The translations under genes were made by a program, and so were the position numbers. Source: a virus (taxonomy: Duplodnaviria > Caudoviricetes). From it: a DNA stretch of 64,000 bases. Positions 12,770 to 22,583 of the stretch are shown one piece after another. Position 1 is the stretch's first letter; each line of letters begins with the position of its first letter. The stretch covers positions 10,353 through 74,352 of the IMG/VR virus record IMGVR_UViG_3300025018_000142. One strand, written 5' to 3'. The notes beneath the pieces are model-generated. The model had not been told where the DNA came from, ran no database searches, and saw only the letters and a list, made by a program, of their open reading frames with translations.

Positions 12770-14007
12770 TGACATTTCATCTCTTGGGACTTTCGCATTT
12801 ACCTTGGTCCAGAGAGTATAATTCGTGCGCATTTTCGCAGAAAAATTTGAAACTCGCGAAGATGCTGACATCCTTAAATCATACAGTTTACGCTTATGGA
12901 GCAAAGGCCTCCCTTTATATGTATAGTGCGGAAAGTTACGTCAATTCAGACAAATTTCACTTTATAGAGACACATACAGTAGATGATATTGCTAGAGATT
13001 GGGGGGATGGGCGAAATGACTTCGAGGTGGGATATAATTGGACCCAAGAGCAATATAGACACGACTTTAATACCGAGAAGAAACCCAGCACCTTAAAACT
13101 ATACACAGTAGCAAGCCAGTACATTAACGCACACAGGAAACCAGATGACTTCCTTTTAAGAACAATGGGGGTGTACCATGATGTAGTTGCTAATGCCACG
13201 GGTTTAGCTTTAGATTGTGAGAGCGGAATTGGTTATACGGGTTCAGAAGCAGGAACACCAGAACACCCACGTTACCGCTGCTTTGAGAGCTCCGCTATGA
13301 TGCACTTTTCCTATGGTGCGGAGTTTGGCAAAGGAGTTACTCCAACAGGTAACTATTACGACAGGGTGATTCCAAACTACTTCGACGATGCAGACTTTAC
13401 TCCAAGATATAAGAAAAAGGATTACTTTCTATTTATTGGACGACTAATAGTGGCAAAGGGAATCTGGATTGCCGTAGAGACCGCAAGAATACTAGGTAAG
13501 AAGCTAATCATTGTGGGACAAGGGGCTAAAGTAGATAATCGCGGACACCTTGTTGGGGACGGCTTTGATATCCCACCTTCAACTTGGGAATTTCAAGGGT
13601 ACGCAGACGCAGAGAAACGGAAGGAGCTTTACGCAAACGCAGCCATTACCTTCGTGCCTACTTGGTATATTGAACCCTTTGGGGGGACAAACGTAGAAAG
13701 CAGACTATCAGGAACTCCTGTTCTTTGCTCTAACTTTGGGGCTTTTCCTGAACAAGTTACTAATGGATTAGATGGGTACTGCTGCGATACTCTAGATGAC
13801 TATGTGGCAAAGGCGAAGGAGCTCCTTGTGTGGGCCCCAGAAAAACTAAAACAGGTCAGAAAACGAGCGGAAAAATATCTAATGGATAATGTACGTTGGG
13901 ATTACCAGAAATGGTTCGAGGACCTACAAATACTCTTTCACAACAAGGAGGGGGTGAATTATATTAGGGAGGAGAATCCAGAGTGGAGACAGAGAATCAG
14001 TTGGTAG
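12769..14007 (+). CDS. GT-B (GT4-like) glycosyltransferase
   Basis: FLFIGRLIVAKG and PTWYIEPFGGTNVESRLSGTPVLCSNFGAFPE motifs; start moved to the TAATG overlap at 12769 (track start 12607). Confidence 0.85.
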   Translation: MTFHLLGLSHLPWSREYNSCAFSQKNLKLAKMLTSLNHTVYAYGAKASLYMYSAESYVNSDKFHFIETHTVDDIARDWGDGRNDFEVGYNWTQEQYRHDFNTEKKPSTLKLYTVASQYINAHRKPDDFLLRTMGVYHDVVANATGLALDCESGIGYTGSEAGTPEHPRYRCFESSAMMHFSYGAEFGKGVTPTGNYYDRVIPNYFDDADFTPRYKKKDYFLFIGRLIVAKGIWIAVETARILGKKLIIVGQGAKVDNRGHLVGDGFDIPPSTWEFQGYADAEKRKELYANAAITFVPTWYIEPFGGTNVESRLSGTPVLCSNFGAFPEQVTNGLDGYCCDTLDDYVAKAKELLVWAPEKLKQVRKRAEKYLMDNVRWDYQKWFEDLQILFHNKEGVNYIREENPEWRQRISW

Positions 14008-14035
14008 ATAACTTTGGTTAGTGCTAAAATAGTCT

Positions 14036-14941
14036 ATGGACTTTACAAATCACGCGCTATCAACCACAGGAATTAAGATAGTTGATGCGACCACCAGCTT
14101 TACCGTACCTACGGCAGATGCGGATAAATTCCCCACTGCAAATTTCATAATGACGGTATGGGGTAGCTCGTACCTACGACCCAGAGATGATAACAATGTG
14201 GAGATAATCGAATGCGCTCGTTCTGGAGCAACAATAACTATTGTGACTCGTGCTATGGAAGGTACTACACAGGTAGACCACGCAGCAGGAAGTTGGTGCG
14301 GAGTATTTTTGACTGCTGGTATTCTTAATGATTTGCGGGACTTGGCTGATGCTAGTTTTCTGCCCGATATGGCTACGGCTTCTGGTGAGTATTTGACAAA
14401 TAATGGTACTATCCCTTCGTGGGATGACACAGTTCTCACCGAAACGAACACTAAGGTATCAACCAATAAGACTTTCACGACTCCTGTTATAAACAGTGCA
14501 ACGGGTGTTGGGGTTGTGCAAACTGCATATTGTACGACTCAACTGGATGTAGTGAATAGCATTGTCGTTGCCAAGGTGGTAGGAACAGACCTTGTTGTGG
14601 AGTCCGGCAAGGTCTATAAGGTACACATAGTTCTTTATACGACAAGCGGGGCGGGCGGCGGAGTTAAGCCCTCAACAGGTGGGGGGGCAACAACGACAAC
14701 GTGGTTATCGCAAGGCATTGTTTATAGTGGAAATGCTATTGTGCAGAACACAAGAGGTACAAGCAGGACGGGGTCGCTTGCCGGTGCCACCGCAGTAACC
14801 GCTGCGTTTATTGTTATAGACGCATACTTCCTCGTGAATGTAGGCGGAACGCTCTGGGTAACATTTGCACAAAATGCGTCAGATGCGGCAACAAGCTCGG
14901 TGCTAGTTGGTTCATTTATAACAATACAACAACTTAGTTAA
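14036..14941 (+). CDS. Putative tail/fibre protein; N-terminal domain paralogous to the collagen fibre
   Basis: Shares FPTAN..T.W...YLRP.DD.N.EI.EC.RSG motif with 7624-10206. Confidence 0.65.
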   Translation: MDFTNHALSTTGIKIVDATTSFTVPTADADKFPTANFIMTVWGSSYLRPRDDNNVEIIECARSGATITIVTRAMEGTTQVDHAAGSWCGVFLTAGILNDLRDLADASFLPDMATASGEYLTNNGTIPSWDDTVLTETNTKVSTNKTFTTPVINSATGVGVVQTAYCTTQLDVVNSIVVAKVVGTDLVVESGKVYKVHIVLYTTSGAGGGVKPSTGGGATTTTWLSQGIVYSGNAIVQNTRGTSRTGSLAGATAVTAAFIVIDAYFLVNVGGTLWVTFAQNASDAATSSVLVGSFITIQQLS

Positions 14942-14951
14942 ATAGCATGAC

Positions 14952-15290
14952 ATGGCTGTAATCAAACGAGCAATCACAACATCGAATAGTATCGACAAGA
15001 AGAAAATAAACATCGGCTACTTCACAAACTTACTTGAATACGAGTGGGGAAATGCCCTATTAAACGATATTCTTACAACAGATGACTCAGTAGAGGACAG
15101 AATTATAACTGCGACAAATACAATAGCGAAAAAGACACTTGAACATCTGTTGGTATTTACGAACATCATGGAGTATACGTTAGGAGAAGTCCCGATGGGG
15201 ATGTCGCTAATGCTGTCCAGCAAATCGATAAACGACCGAAGTATCACGGCAGGAAATACGGTAACTAAGCGAACCATAACAGCATCGTGA
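14952..15290 (+). CDS. Hypothetical virion protein with internal repeats
   Basis: R(A/S/I)IT..N(S/T)(I/V).K(K/R) motif occurs three times. Confidence 0.55.
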   Translation: MAVIKRAITTSNSIDKKKINIGYFTNLLEYEWGNALLNDILTTDDSVEDRIITATNTIAKKTLEHLLVFTNIMEYTLGEVPMGMSLMLSSKSINDRSITAGNTVTKRTITAS

Positions 15291-16102
15291 AAGATTTATG
15301 CTATCCGTACAACATCAAACTGTCCGTAGTGACGGGGTTCGCCGTGGTTATTCCTATCTGGGGGAAGCACGGCGGATATGATTTCTCAATAAAACCGCTG
15401 ATAGGCAAGCCGTTAGCGCAGCAAGCTATCCATTCCCCGTGGGAAGGAGAGGTACTTGTAGCTAAGTTGGCCGGCGATAATAGCGGGTGGTATGTCTGTA
15501 TTTACTCTGCCAAAGAAAACGTTACATTCGTTGTCTGGCACATAAACAAAAAACTAATGGTAAAGGCTGGGCAGAAAGTGAAGAAAGGTCAGATACTTGG
15601 GTATGCGGAGACATCGGATTACAGTCCTGCACATAATCATGTACAATTTAACAAAGGAAAGGTAACAAGGGGTAGCTGGAACTCAGCAGTCCTTGACCCA
15701 CAACCGTTCTTTAATAGAATGGAGCTGTGGTCTAATTTAACAGAAGACCCAATGAAAATAGCAGCACTGGAGAAGAAGGTGGCTGAACTTACAAAGGCAA
15801 ATAACGATATGCAGGCGAATTTCAATGCGAGTGTTGCAACGATGCAATACCAGATAGACAAAATGATAACAGATTTGAACATATTGAACGGACAGATTCA
15901 TGATATGAATGCTGATGTGCTTAAATGGAAGTCCATAGCTATTGATATCGCGAGTATGGTTGGTTATATACTAGACCCGGTATCAGACTGGGGGACTCAA
16001 AGATATGGAATAAGGGAGAGAGTTGCGCGGATTCCATACGATTTGTCTTACAGCAATTTAATAGGTATAATCTTAAATAAACTTATTTCTAGGAAGAAAT
16101 GA
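15287..16102 (+). CDS. M23 peptidase (probable endolysin) with coiled-coil C-terminus
   Basis: HGGYD (HxxxD), VKAGQKVKKGQILG, HNH (HxH) zinc ligands. Confidence 0.8.
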   Translation: MKDLCYPYNIKLSVVTGFAVVIPIWGKHGGYDFSIKPLIGKPLAQQAIHSPWEGEVLVAKLAGDNSGWYVCIYSAKENVTFVVWHINKKLMVKAGQKVKKGQILGYAETSDYSPAHNHVQFNKGKVTRGSWNSAVLDPQPFFNRMELWSNLTEDPMKIAALEKKVAELTKANNDMQANFNASVATMQYQIDKMITDLNILNGQIHDMNADVLKWKSIAIDIASMVGYILDPVSDWGTQRYGIRERVARIPYDLSYSNLIGIILNKLISRKK

Positions 16103-16374
16103 CAAAGCTTGAACTGCTATATGTGAAGATAGATGCCTTCTGGGAATCAATCCCATCTCCAATCAAGGTTCCAATTTATCAGTTAGTATCAGCTGGAATT
16201 TTGCTTCTTGCTGATACGTTGACGGGTAAAGCTATAACTAAAGACATGTGGGGTGCTATTTTGTCAGCCTTTATCGCAAATGAAGCGGCTGTTGTTGTGG
16301 AGTATGTACGAAAGCAAAGCGAGAAGCTAGAGGAGCTAAAGATAGAATACAACAGGACATTACTAGATAGATAG
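16099..16374 (+). CDS. Putative holin
   Basis: 91 aa, two hydrophobic segments, ATGA-coupled to the M23 gene. Confidence 0.55.
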   Translation: MTKLELLYVKIDAFWESIPSPIKVPIYQLVSAGILLLADTLTGKAITKDMWGAILSAFIANEAAVVVEYVRKQSEKLEELKIEYNRTLLDR

Positions 16375-16375
16375 C

Positions 16376-16759
16376 ATGACTTTCCTCTTCGAGCTAGAGG
16401 GAAAACTTCCGGGTCTTAACGACATTATTAACAGCCGTGCTAGACATTGGTCTATTTACGCAAAACAAAAAAAGGAGTGGACAGCAAAAATTATAGAAGC
16501 CGTGTCTGAAAATGGCTCATTTTCAAACGATGGCGGTCCAATAGCGTTATTTATCATCTGGGGCATCAGAACGAACGCAGACCTGGATAATTGTACGGCA
16601 AAGTTCATACTTGATGCCATGGTTGAGATGGGGCTTATTGAAGATGATAACTGTAAATTTGTAAAGAAGATTACACATGAGGTACAGATTAGTAAGACAT
16701 CGTTTGTCAAGGTATATGTAGACAACTATTTACCTTCCAACTTGGTTGCTGTACAATAA
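16376..16759 (+). CDS. rusA: RusA-like Holliday junction resolvase
   Basis: LPGLN..., ADLDN..AKFILDAMV..GLIEDD acidic catalytic pattern. Confidence 0.65.
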   Translation: MTFLFELEGKLPGLNDIINSRARHWSIYAKQKKEWTAKIIEAVSENGSFSNDGGPIALFIIWGIRTNADLDNCTAKFILDAMVEMGLIEDDNCKFVKKITHEVQISKTSFVKVYVDNYLPSNLVAVQ

Positions 16760-16766
16760 AATACTT

Positions 16767-17090
16767 ATGGAAGCACAGAACAGCACAACAACAAACGCGC
16801 AGACAGTTTCAAGGGACTATTCTGCAACGTCAGCGATGCCCGTTTGGGATGCGATTAAGTCCAATCTATCGACCATCGTAGCTATATGTGCCATCGTCGG
16901 TTTGTTTTATGTGCTATTTTATCGTGTCGAATTATTGGAGGGCGTACAGGCCAACCAGGACACACAACAGTTGGCCATAGAAACGAACCAGCGAGAGATA
17001 CTAACAAGACTTGCCGTTATGGAAACAAAGCAGGACCGAAACGCAGAAGATATTAAAGAGATATTACAGGCGATTAAGGAATTGAAATAG
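16767..17090 (+). CDS. Single-TM coiled-coil membrane protein (lysis accessory-like)
   Basis: One TM segment (NLSTIVAICAIVGLFYVLF) then heptads; ATG 16767 follows TACAAT at 16752. Confidence 0.55.
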   Translation: MEAQNSTTTNAQTVSRDYSATSAMPVWDAIKSNLSTIVAICAIVGLFYVLFYRVELLEGVQANQDTQQLAIETNQREILTRLAVMETKQDRNAEDIKEILQAIKELK

Positions 17091-17148
17091 CGACAATTAT
17101 CCACTGTTCGACCCGGGTGGTCGTTTCTAGAGCAATAAGATAACTCTA

Positions 17149-17514
17149 TTGTTTATGTCACCATTTACAGGGGATGGGCTTAAAGAAATTAAGACACGCA
17201 GCCATGGTAGGTCAGAGTTATCGAGTAGAACAGATAGACCACTTCATTGTATGCATTTCGACCACACGAGAAATCCCCTCTACAACGAAGCAAACAGGGG
17301 ATTAAGAGTAACAGTAATAGAGCATCAGGCGTACCATATGTTTTACAGGGGCAACGAGGCAGAGCTGGGCTTAAAACCCTGTCAGAATGATTACGCAATA
17401 GATATGCTTAATAGGGAATCGGTAGCGTTTATGCACAAGATAGGGAAGCTGGACCAATTTGACGACGAACTCGCGGATGCGGTTTTAATGTGGGAACAGC
17501 TACTAAGTCGTTAG
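17149..17514 (+). CDS. Possible HNH-like endonuclease
   Basis: H.MHFDH.RN..YNEAN..L..T..EH..YH spacing resembles HNH folds. Confidence 0.4.
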   Translation: MFMSPFTGDGLKEIKTRSHGRSELSSRTDRPLHCMHFDHTRNPLYNEANRGLRVTVIEHQAYHMFYRGNEAELGLKPCQNDYAIDMLNRESVAFMHKIGKLDQFDDELADAVLMWEQLLSR

Positions 17515-17678
17515 CGTTTTCTCCATGGCTTCCAGTTGTCTTTATCTTTATCCTTCGGTTTGTCTTTGTCAACTTGGTGTTTTCCCCAATCGCCTTTGTG
17601 GTCTTTCTTGTTACCAGCAGTTCTTCCGTCACCTTCAACCTTTTCTGACTCTGTCTTTTTATTGGCTTGTTCACACAT
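17511..17678 (-). CDS. Small charged protein (55 aa, below track cut-off), possibly extended 5' by a frameshift at a G8 tract
   Basis: MCEQANKKTESEK...NWKPWRKR*; stop overlaps the stop of the convergent gene; GYMCEQAN is shared with ORF 30500-30745. Confidence 0.45.
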   Translation of the reverse strand: MCEQANKKTESEKVEGDGRTAGNKKDHKGDWGKHQVDKDKPKDKDKDNWKPWRKR

Positions 17679-17749
17679 ATACCCCCCCCAACGGGTTGGC
17701 CGTCAACTACAACGAAGCGTCTTGTTGCGTTTTCTTGTTCCACAGTGTA

Positions 17750-17807
17750 ATTATATGGGCTTCTTTTGGATATGTAAGTTGACAGTATTGATGAGGAATA
17801 GTATAAT
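17750..17807. promoter_or_regulatory. Divergent promoter pair
   Basis: (+) TTGACA 17779-84, 17 nt, TATAAT 17802-07, 5 nt, ATG 17813. (-) TATAAT at 17755-50, 6 nt, GTG 17743. Confidence 0.75.
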
Positions 17808-17812
17808 AGGCT

Positions 17813-18445
17813 ATGGCTAGAAGTAAAGAAGAGATTAAAAAAGTTACGGAAGCGTTTAGGCTTGGAGTATCTGCAAAGGATATGGGCAAGATGTTCATGA
17901 TGAAGAGGGAGAATGTGTACTCATTGTTACGTTCCAATATGTCGAAAGAGGAATACATATCGCTCACGGTTAAGAGGCGTTCTGTTTATGACGGGCGAAT
18001 TATGGATAAACGTAATGAAATAGTGAACCTAATCAAATCAGGCAAACTAATTTCTGATGTTGCTAAGGTTTACGGTATGTCGGAGTTTGCGGTGAGGTAC
18101 TACTACTACAAGTATATTAAGCCCTCGGAGAGAAAGAAGTATCTGCTCAAGTCCGATGCTAAGAATAGCCAGAGAAGGCTTGTTAAGATTGCGAAGATTA
18201 AAGGCTTTGTCGAAAAACTGAAGGATACTTGCAGTGTTGAAAGACTGGCCGACATCGAAGGGAAGAAATATAATACCATGTGGGTGTATCTACGGAGGAA
18301 CCGTGCTATTATTGAAGGATTGACGGGCATGGAGTATTCACAGTTCCTAACTTCTGTAAGAGGGTATTCTCATGATATTGACGTGGAATCTGTACTCGAA
18401 GGGGTCCTTGCGGAACGAGAGGCTCACGAAGCAAAACAGGCCTAG
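17813..18445 (+). CDS. Multi-HTH DNA-binding protein
   Basis: Repeated HTH-like segments (SAKDMGKMFMMKRENVYSLL; LISDVAKVYGMSEFAVRYY; SVERLADIEGKKYNTMWVYL). Confidence 0.6.
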   Translation: MARSKEEIKKVTEAFRLGVSAKDMGKMFMMKRENVYSLLRSNMSKEEYISLTVKRRSVYDGRIMDKRNEIVNLIKSGKLISDVAKVYGMSEFAVRYYYYKYIKPSERKKYLLKSDAKNSQRRLVKIAKIKGFVEKLKDTCSVERLADIEGKKYNTMWVYLRRNRAIIEGLTGMEYSQFLTSVRGYSHDIDVESVLEGVLAEREAHEAKQA

Positions 18446-18863
18446 TTTTTATTTCGGTGAGGTAAAGGGGGCAAATCTACTACACCTACAGGGGGTGTGG
18501 AGAGATATACTCGGCATAGACGGTAAGGCCAACGTACTGACGGAATACTATTACAACGATATTAGAACTATTGCGACTATTGATTGCGTGTCAAACGACT
18601 TCAGTATGCACATTATTAGGTTTACAAAACAACCGATTAGCAAATTCTCTTTGAATGTTATCAATTTTACTGCCTACGTTTACCTGCGAGACACTGGGGT
18701 ACAGTTAGATTATGGGGTGCTGTATGCAATAAACCCACAAAGACCGCAAAACTACGAGCGAAAGGTACTTAGTATAACGCCGGAGTCGCTTGCAGATACA
18801 GAGCAAAAGCTATACAATCTTACAGATAGGTACAAGATGTTATTTATGGAGCCAACAATATGA
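18372..18863 (+). CDS. Hypothetical protein, possibly degenerate PD-(D/E)XK fold
   Basis: IATIDCV...AYVYL...GVLYAIN pattern, but no (D/E)xK. Confidence 0.35.
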   Translation: MILTWNLYSKGSLRNERLTKQNRPSFYFGEVKGANLLHLQGVWRDILGIDGKANVLTEYYYNDIRTIATIDCVSNDFSMHIIRFTKQPISKFSLNVINFTAYVYLRDTGVQLDYGVLYAINPQRPQNYERKVLSITPESLADTEQKLYNLTDRYKMLFMEPTI

Positions 18864-19609
18864 CCATTACATTTGCAAATTTCAAGAAAAGGGTAGCCAG
18901 TTCCATTAACCAGACGGATTCGGCGGGAAACTTTATCTCAGCGTTCGCATTGTCTAATGAGCTTCTGCGTTACACGAACGATGGGCTCCGCGAGAAGGTG
19001 GAGCTCCTTGGCGTCAAGATGCGCTACATGTACTTGCAATATGGGTATATCGACCTAGAGCTAGACCAAGCATACTACAGAATTGATACCGGAGATTCTG
19101 CCGCCAATCGTTATCTGCTTTCACATTTATATGTAAAATGGAATACTACAGACACCGACTACACTCCTACTAATATGGTGACGTTAGATGACCTAGAATC
19201 GGGCCGTCTAATCGGTACAGCGGGAAGTCCACTTTGGGCATACGCTCAAACAGATGCCGGTGACGGTATTAACCACCTGGGTATAAAGCTCAGTCCAACA
19301 CCATCCAGTAATGCGACCGAGGGAATTATGATTGCGTACCCAGAATATCCGGTAGAGATTACCGGCGATGCGGACCTTATTTATTTCCATTCGCAGAGTG
19401 AGCTTGAATGGCTAACCTATTATGTTGCCATGAAGACTGCGATTAAAAGTAAAGATGCTGAGTCGTACCAAGTATTAAAGACGGAGTTTCAGATAAAAGA
19501 GCAGCAGTTAATCACACAATTCGCTCCTAGAGCGTTAACCGGCACGCAACCTATCCGTTCTTTACGTCAAGCTTCGAGGTCAATACTAAAATCTAAGGGT
19601 TTGATTTAA
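18860..19609 (+). CDS. Head-tail adaptor / tail tubular protein A-like
   Basis: 249 aa; helical N-terminus (TFANFKKRV..INQ, ELLRYTNDGLRE), precedes a nozzle-like gene as in podoviruses. Confidence 0.6.
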   Translation: MTITFANFKKRVASSINQTDSAGNFISAFALSNELLRYTNDGLREKVELLGVKMRYMYLQYGYIDLELDQAYYRIDTGDSAANRYLLSHLYVKWNTTDTDYTPTNMVTLDDLESGRLIGTAGSPLWAYAQTDAGDGINHLGIKLSPTPSSNATEGIMIAYPEYPVEITGDADLIYFHSQSELEWLTYYVAMKTAIKSKDAESYQVLKTEFQIKEQQLITQFAPRALTGTQPIRSLRQASRSILKSKGLI

Positions 19610-21135
19610 TGGCTACGAGCACAATTAAGTTCTACAGATTACATGACATTTGCAGTGGTGGTGTCCAGCAACGTGTCGATGATTTATTATCAAAAAACAA
19701 TGAAGCTTGGGATATTAAGAATGCTAGTATACAGAAAATTGGGAATATCACCTCACAGAAATTGCACGGCACCCACACGGCCACGGGCCAATTTGACGGC
19801 ATCTTCGAGTTAGTTACTACTGCTAGTCGTGCGCTACAAAGGGCTAATGGTGGAAACCTGCAAAAGTATTCAGGTGGCTCTTGGGCAACAGTCACAGGCG
19901 GTAGTGCCGCTTTTACTAATAGTGTCTATGTCGGATTCGCTCCCCTTCTCACAGTATCTGGTACAACAACAACCGAAGGGTATATTGCGGCAGGAAGTAA
20001 TGGACTTACTAAAATGGTATTCTGTAATGGAACGACCGCGAGTACGGTTCAATACGCCGCCACGGGATACTACTTATATGCAAGGTGTGTCGCAGCTATC
20101 GGGAACATAGCGTTCGCTGGAGGTGTAAAATTTATAAACGCTACACCAACAACGTATAACTATTCTAATAGGATTTACATCTCCAAGCCAGGTACATTAA
20201 CATTTTGGAATACCACGGAAACCACAGCAGTTACCGCCTCAACCCGCTATGTAGAAGTGACAGGAACTATTAAGGCGATGGCTGTCATCAATAAATATCT
20301 AGTTGTATTTTCTGATGTAGTGAACATAATCAATCCGAGTACATTCGAGCAATTTGTATTGTCGGATTATTCGTGCGTTAATGCTGGGGCAGTTGCAGTT
20401 GGAAACGATGCAATAACTTGGATTTCACTAGAGGGAGTGTTCGTCTGGCAGGGGACAGGAAGGCCAACGAAGATTTCTCGCTCCATACAGACGTCCTATT
20501 CAGACGGATACTGGGACTATGTACAGCTGGACGAATATGCAAAATTCCGTGTTGCTATGGCAGATGACTCGTTCCTGTATTATGTTGTGGCAAACGAAGG
20601 TGGCTCGGATTTCGATGAAGTTTTAGAATACGACTGGGCAGCAAAAGCGTGGAAGCGAGATACTGGTTATATGATTACTTGCTCTACCCGTTCATTACAG
20701 GCGAATAAAATTGTGACCGTATTTGGGACCAATGCTGGCGCTTTTACGTTCAGGCAAGGAACTACCTATGGAAGCTTGGTGTTCGAGACGCGAAATATCT
20801 ATCTTGATAGTATTGATAAGATAAGAAAAATAGACCGTATTTACATACTCTACAGAGCCACCACAGATTATCTAAAAGTAGAATACACAATCAATGAGGA
20901 CTTAACAACATGGGCTACACTTACTGAACACGCTGGCACCAATATGGTACTCAACTCTACGGATGGGAAGCAAATTCTCGGAAGGATAGACTTAGGCGGG
21001 ATAATGTGTTCATCTATCCGATTCAAGTTTTCCTGTGCTGATGCAGCAAGTTTTATAGACTTAGCTGGAATCGTGCTAGAGTACCAAGGAGACGCGTCAA
21101 GTGCCAAGGGATATAACATAACCAGTAACGAATAA
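19609..21135 (+). CDS. Tail nozzle / P22 gp10-like stabilisation protein
   Basis: 508-aa beta-rich protein; N-terminal GG......NEAWDIKNA pattern typical of podoviral tail tubular B / gp10. Confidence 0.65.
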   Translation: MATSTIKFYRLHDICSGGVQQRVDDLLSKNNEAWDIKNASIQKIGNITSQKLHGTHTATGQFDGIFELVTTASRALQRANGGNLQKYSGGSWATVTGGSAAFTNSVYVGFAPLLTVSGTTTTEGYIAAGSNGLTKMVFCNGTTASTVQYAATGYYLYARCVAAIGNIAFAGGVKFINATPTTYNYSNRIYISKPGTLTFWNTTETTAVTASTRYVEVTGTIKAMAVINKYLVVFSDVVNIINPSTFEQFVLSDYSCVNAGAVAVGNDAITWISLEGVFVWQGTGRPTKISRSIQTSYSDGYWDYVQLDEYAKFRVAMADDSFLYYVVANEGGSDFDEVLEYDWAAKAWKRDTGYMITCSTRSLQANKIVTVFGTNAGAFTFRQGTTYGSLVFETRNIYLDSIDKIRKIDRIYILYRATTDYLKVEYTINEDLTTWATLTEHAGTNMVLNSTDGKQILGRIDLGGIMCSSIRFKFSCADAASFIDLAGIVLEYQGDASSAKGYNITSNE

Positions 21136-21353
21136 TGTTAGCGAAATCGTATGAGGTTTATCAAAAAGAGAGCTATGTTTCTACTGGATTTAGAGAGGTT
21201 GGGTTACTGCGAGAACTAGAACAGGATTCGGATATGTGGAGTATAGACCCACAGACCATCATGCCGTACAGGGCCAGAATTATGACCGGTGTGACACAGA
21301 TTTCGGACGGAAACTACATTCGTGCTCAATTTGGCTCTAAGGGAATAAGTTAA
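21135..21353 (+). CDS. Small tail-associated hypothetical protein
   Basis: TAATG-coupled at both ends. Confidence 0.5.
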   Translation: MLAKSYEVYQKESYVSTGFREVGLLRELEQDSDMWSIDPQTIMPYRARIMTGVTQISDGNYIRAQFGSKGIS

Positions 21354-22132
21354 TGTGCAAATTCTTGGAAGACGTACTCCAGATAATTAGGTCGGGTTTG
21401 GGTGTAGGTGGAGTAGATTCTGCCGATGTAGGTACAGCAGATTTCCCAACATTAAAGATAATCGCAAGCGGTATGCACGACTTTATGACGCTTACGGGCG
21501 TTGAAACTGTCTATACGCATGGAGTCGGTTCTTACTTGGCGTTTGCGGTATGGAATACTGACGGTAGCTTTAATGGTGACGCTCTTGCTTTCAGAATGAG
21601 TACAACGGCGCTGAGTATTGATACTGATAGATGGCCTGGGGATGACGGAACGACCTCGCTTTCCATGTCTGTATATTACGAGATTTACGCAGTTGATGTT
21701 TTTGCCACTGTGGAATACACCTCTGTAAACAGTGGAACCGATTTTACCCCCGGTTCCGATATAAACAGTGTTTATGCAGTATCGCAACAGGACATGAATA
21801 TAGCAGAGATGAGTGCGTTTACTACAGCACTCGATAATCAGTACAGGGGCTTTCTTGTCCACAGTGTTATCAACAAGGTAAATACATGGACAGGTTCGTG
21901 GTCAACCCCACTTTTTACACAGGCACACGGGTTGACTTATCCACCTTCTTATTTGGCGTATATTAAGACTGCAGCGAACAGCTATATGATTCAGATTTAT
22001 TCTGATGAGCTTCCTGCGTTTTATATGACGAGTACGAACATAGTCGCCTTTCCGTATGGTGGCATAACATGGGCGGAAACCTTTACTATGGCGTTTGTAA
22101 TACTTAAAGACCCAGTAATGCTGGCAAAATAA
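21353..22132 (+). CDS. Putative tail protein
   Basis: Two copies of an H(G)xxYxP/x-type beta motif (THGVGSYLAF, AHGLTYPPSYLAY). Confidence 0.5.
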   Translation: MCKFLEDVLQIIRSGLGVGGVDSADVGTADFPTLKIIASGMHDFMTLTGVETVYTHGVGSYLAFAVWNTDGSFNGDALAFRMSTTALSIDTDRWPGDDGTTSLSMSVYYEIYAVDVFATVEYTSVNSGTDFTPGSDINSVYAVSQQDMNIAEMSAFTTALDNQYRGFLVHSVINKVNTWTGSWSTPLFTQAHGLTYPPSYLAYIKTAANSYMIQIYSDELPAFYMTSTNIVAFPYGGITWAETFTMAFVILKDPVMLAK

Positions 22133-22133
22133 T

Positions 22134-22559
22134 ATGGCAGAATATGTATCAACAAGCATAGGTGGGGTAGATGTGCTAGAGGCTAACGCGCTGCAACTAT
22201 CCACCTCATCGGTGTATCCCTCTGTACAAATCGAAGAAGATATGTACGGGATTGTGAATCATGTAATCAATTACGATGTCGGGATTGGAGTCACCACCGT
22301 GGCAACAATACCACACAAATATAGTGGCGTACCAACGTCTTTGATTTATGTAGATACGGATGACGGCACGGAGCATTATACGGTAATTCTCCCTTGGGCT
22401 CGCGGAATGTCGATGTTTTATATCTATGCCTATGCCGATAGCAGTAATGTGTACATAAAGATAAACAACCAAACGGGCGCTACACTGGTGCATAATACCG
22501 ACTTTGACGATATAACCTGTGTATTTAAGTATTTTATATTTCCTAAGCTTGTTGCATAG
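22134..22559 (+). CDS. Putative tail protein
   Basis: Related motif (PHKYSGVPTSLIY) to the upstream gene. Confidence 0.5.
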   Translation: MAEYVSTSIGGVDVLEANALQLSTSSVYPSVQIEEDMYGIVNHVINYDVGIGVTTVATIPHKYSGVPTSLIYVDTDDGTEHYTVILPWARGMSMFYIYAYADSSNVYIKINNQTGATLVHNTDFDDITCVFKYFIFPKLVA

Positions 22560-22583
22560 GAGCGAAAGGTGGTAAAATAATAA

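Noticed and set aside
17088-17128. tRNA or tRNA-derived att site (GTTCGACCC T-loop-like)
   Set aside because: T-stem pairs only 3 of 5 positions; no D or anticodon arm and no CCA. More likely a simple hairpin.
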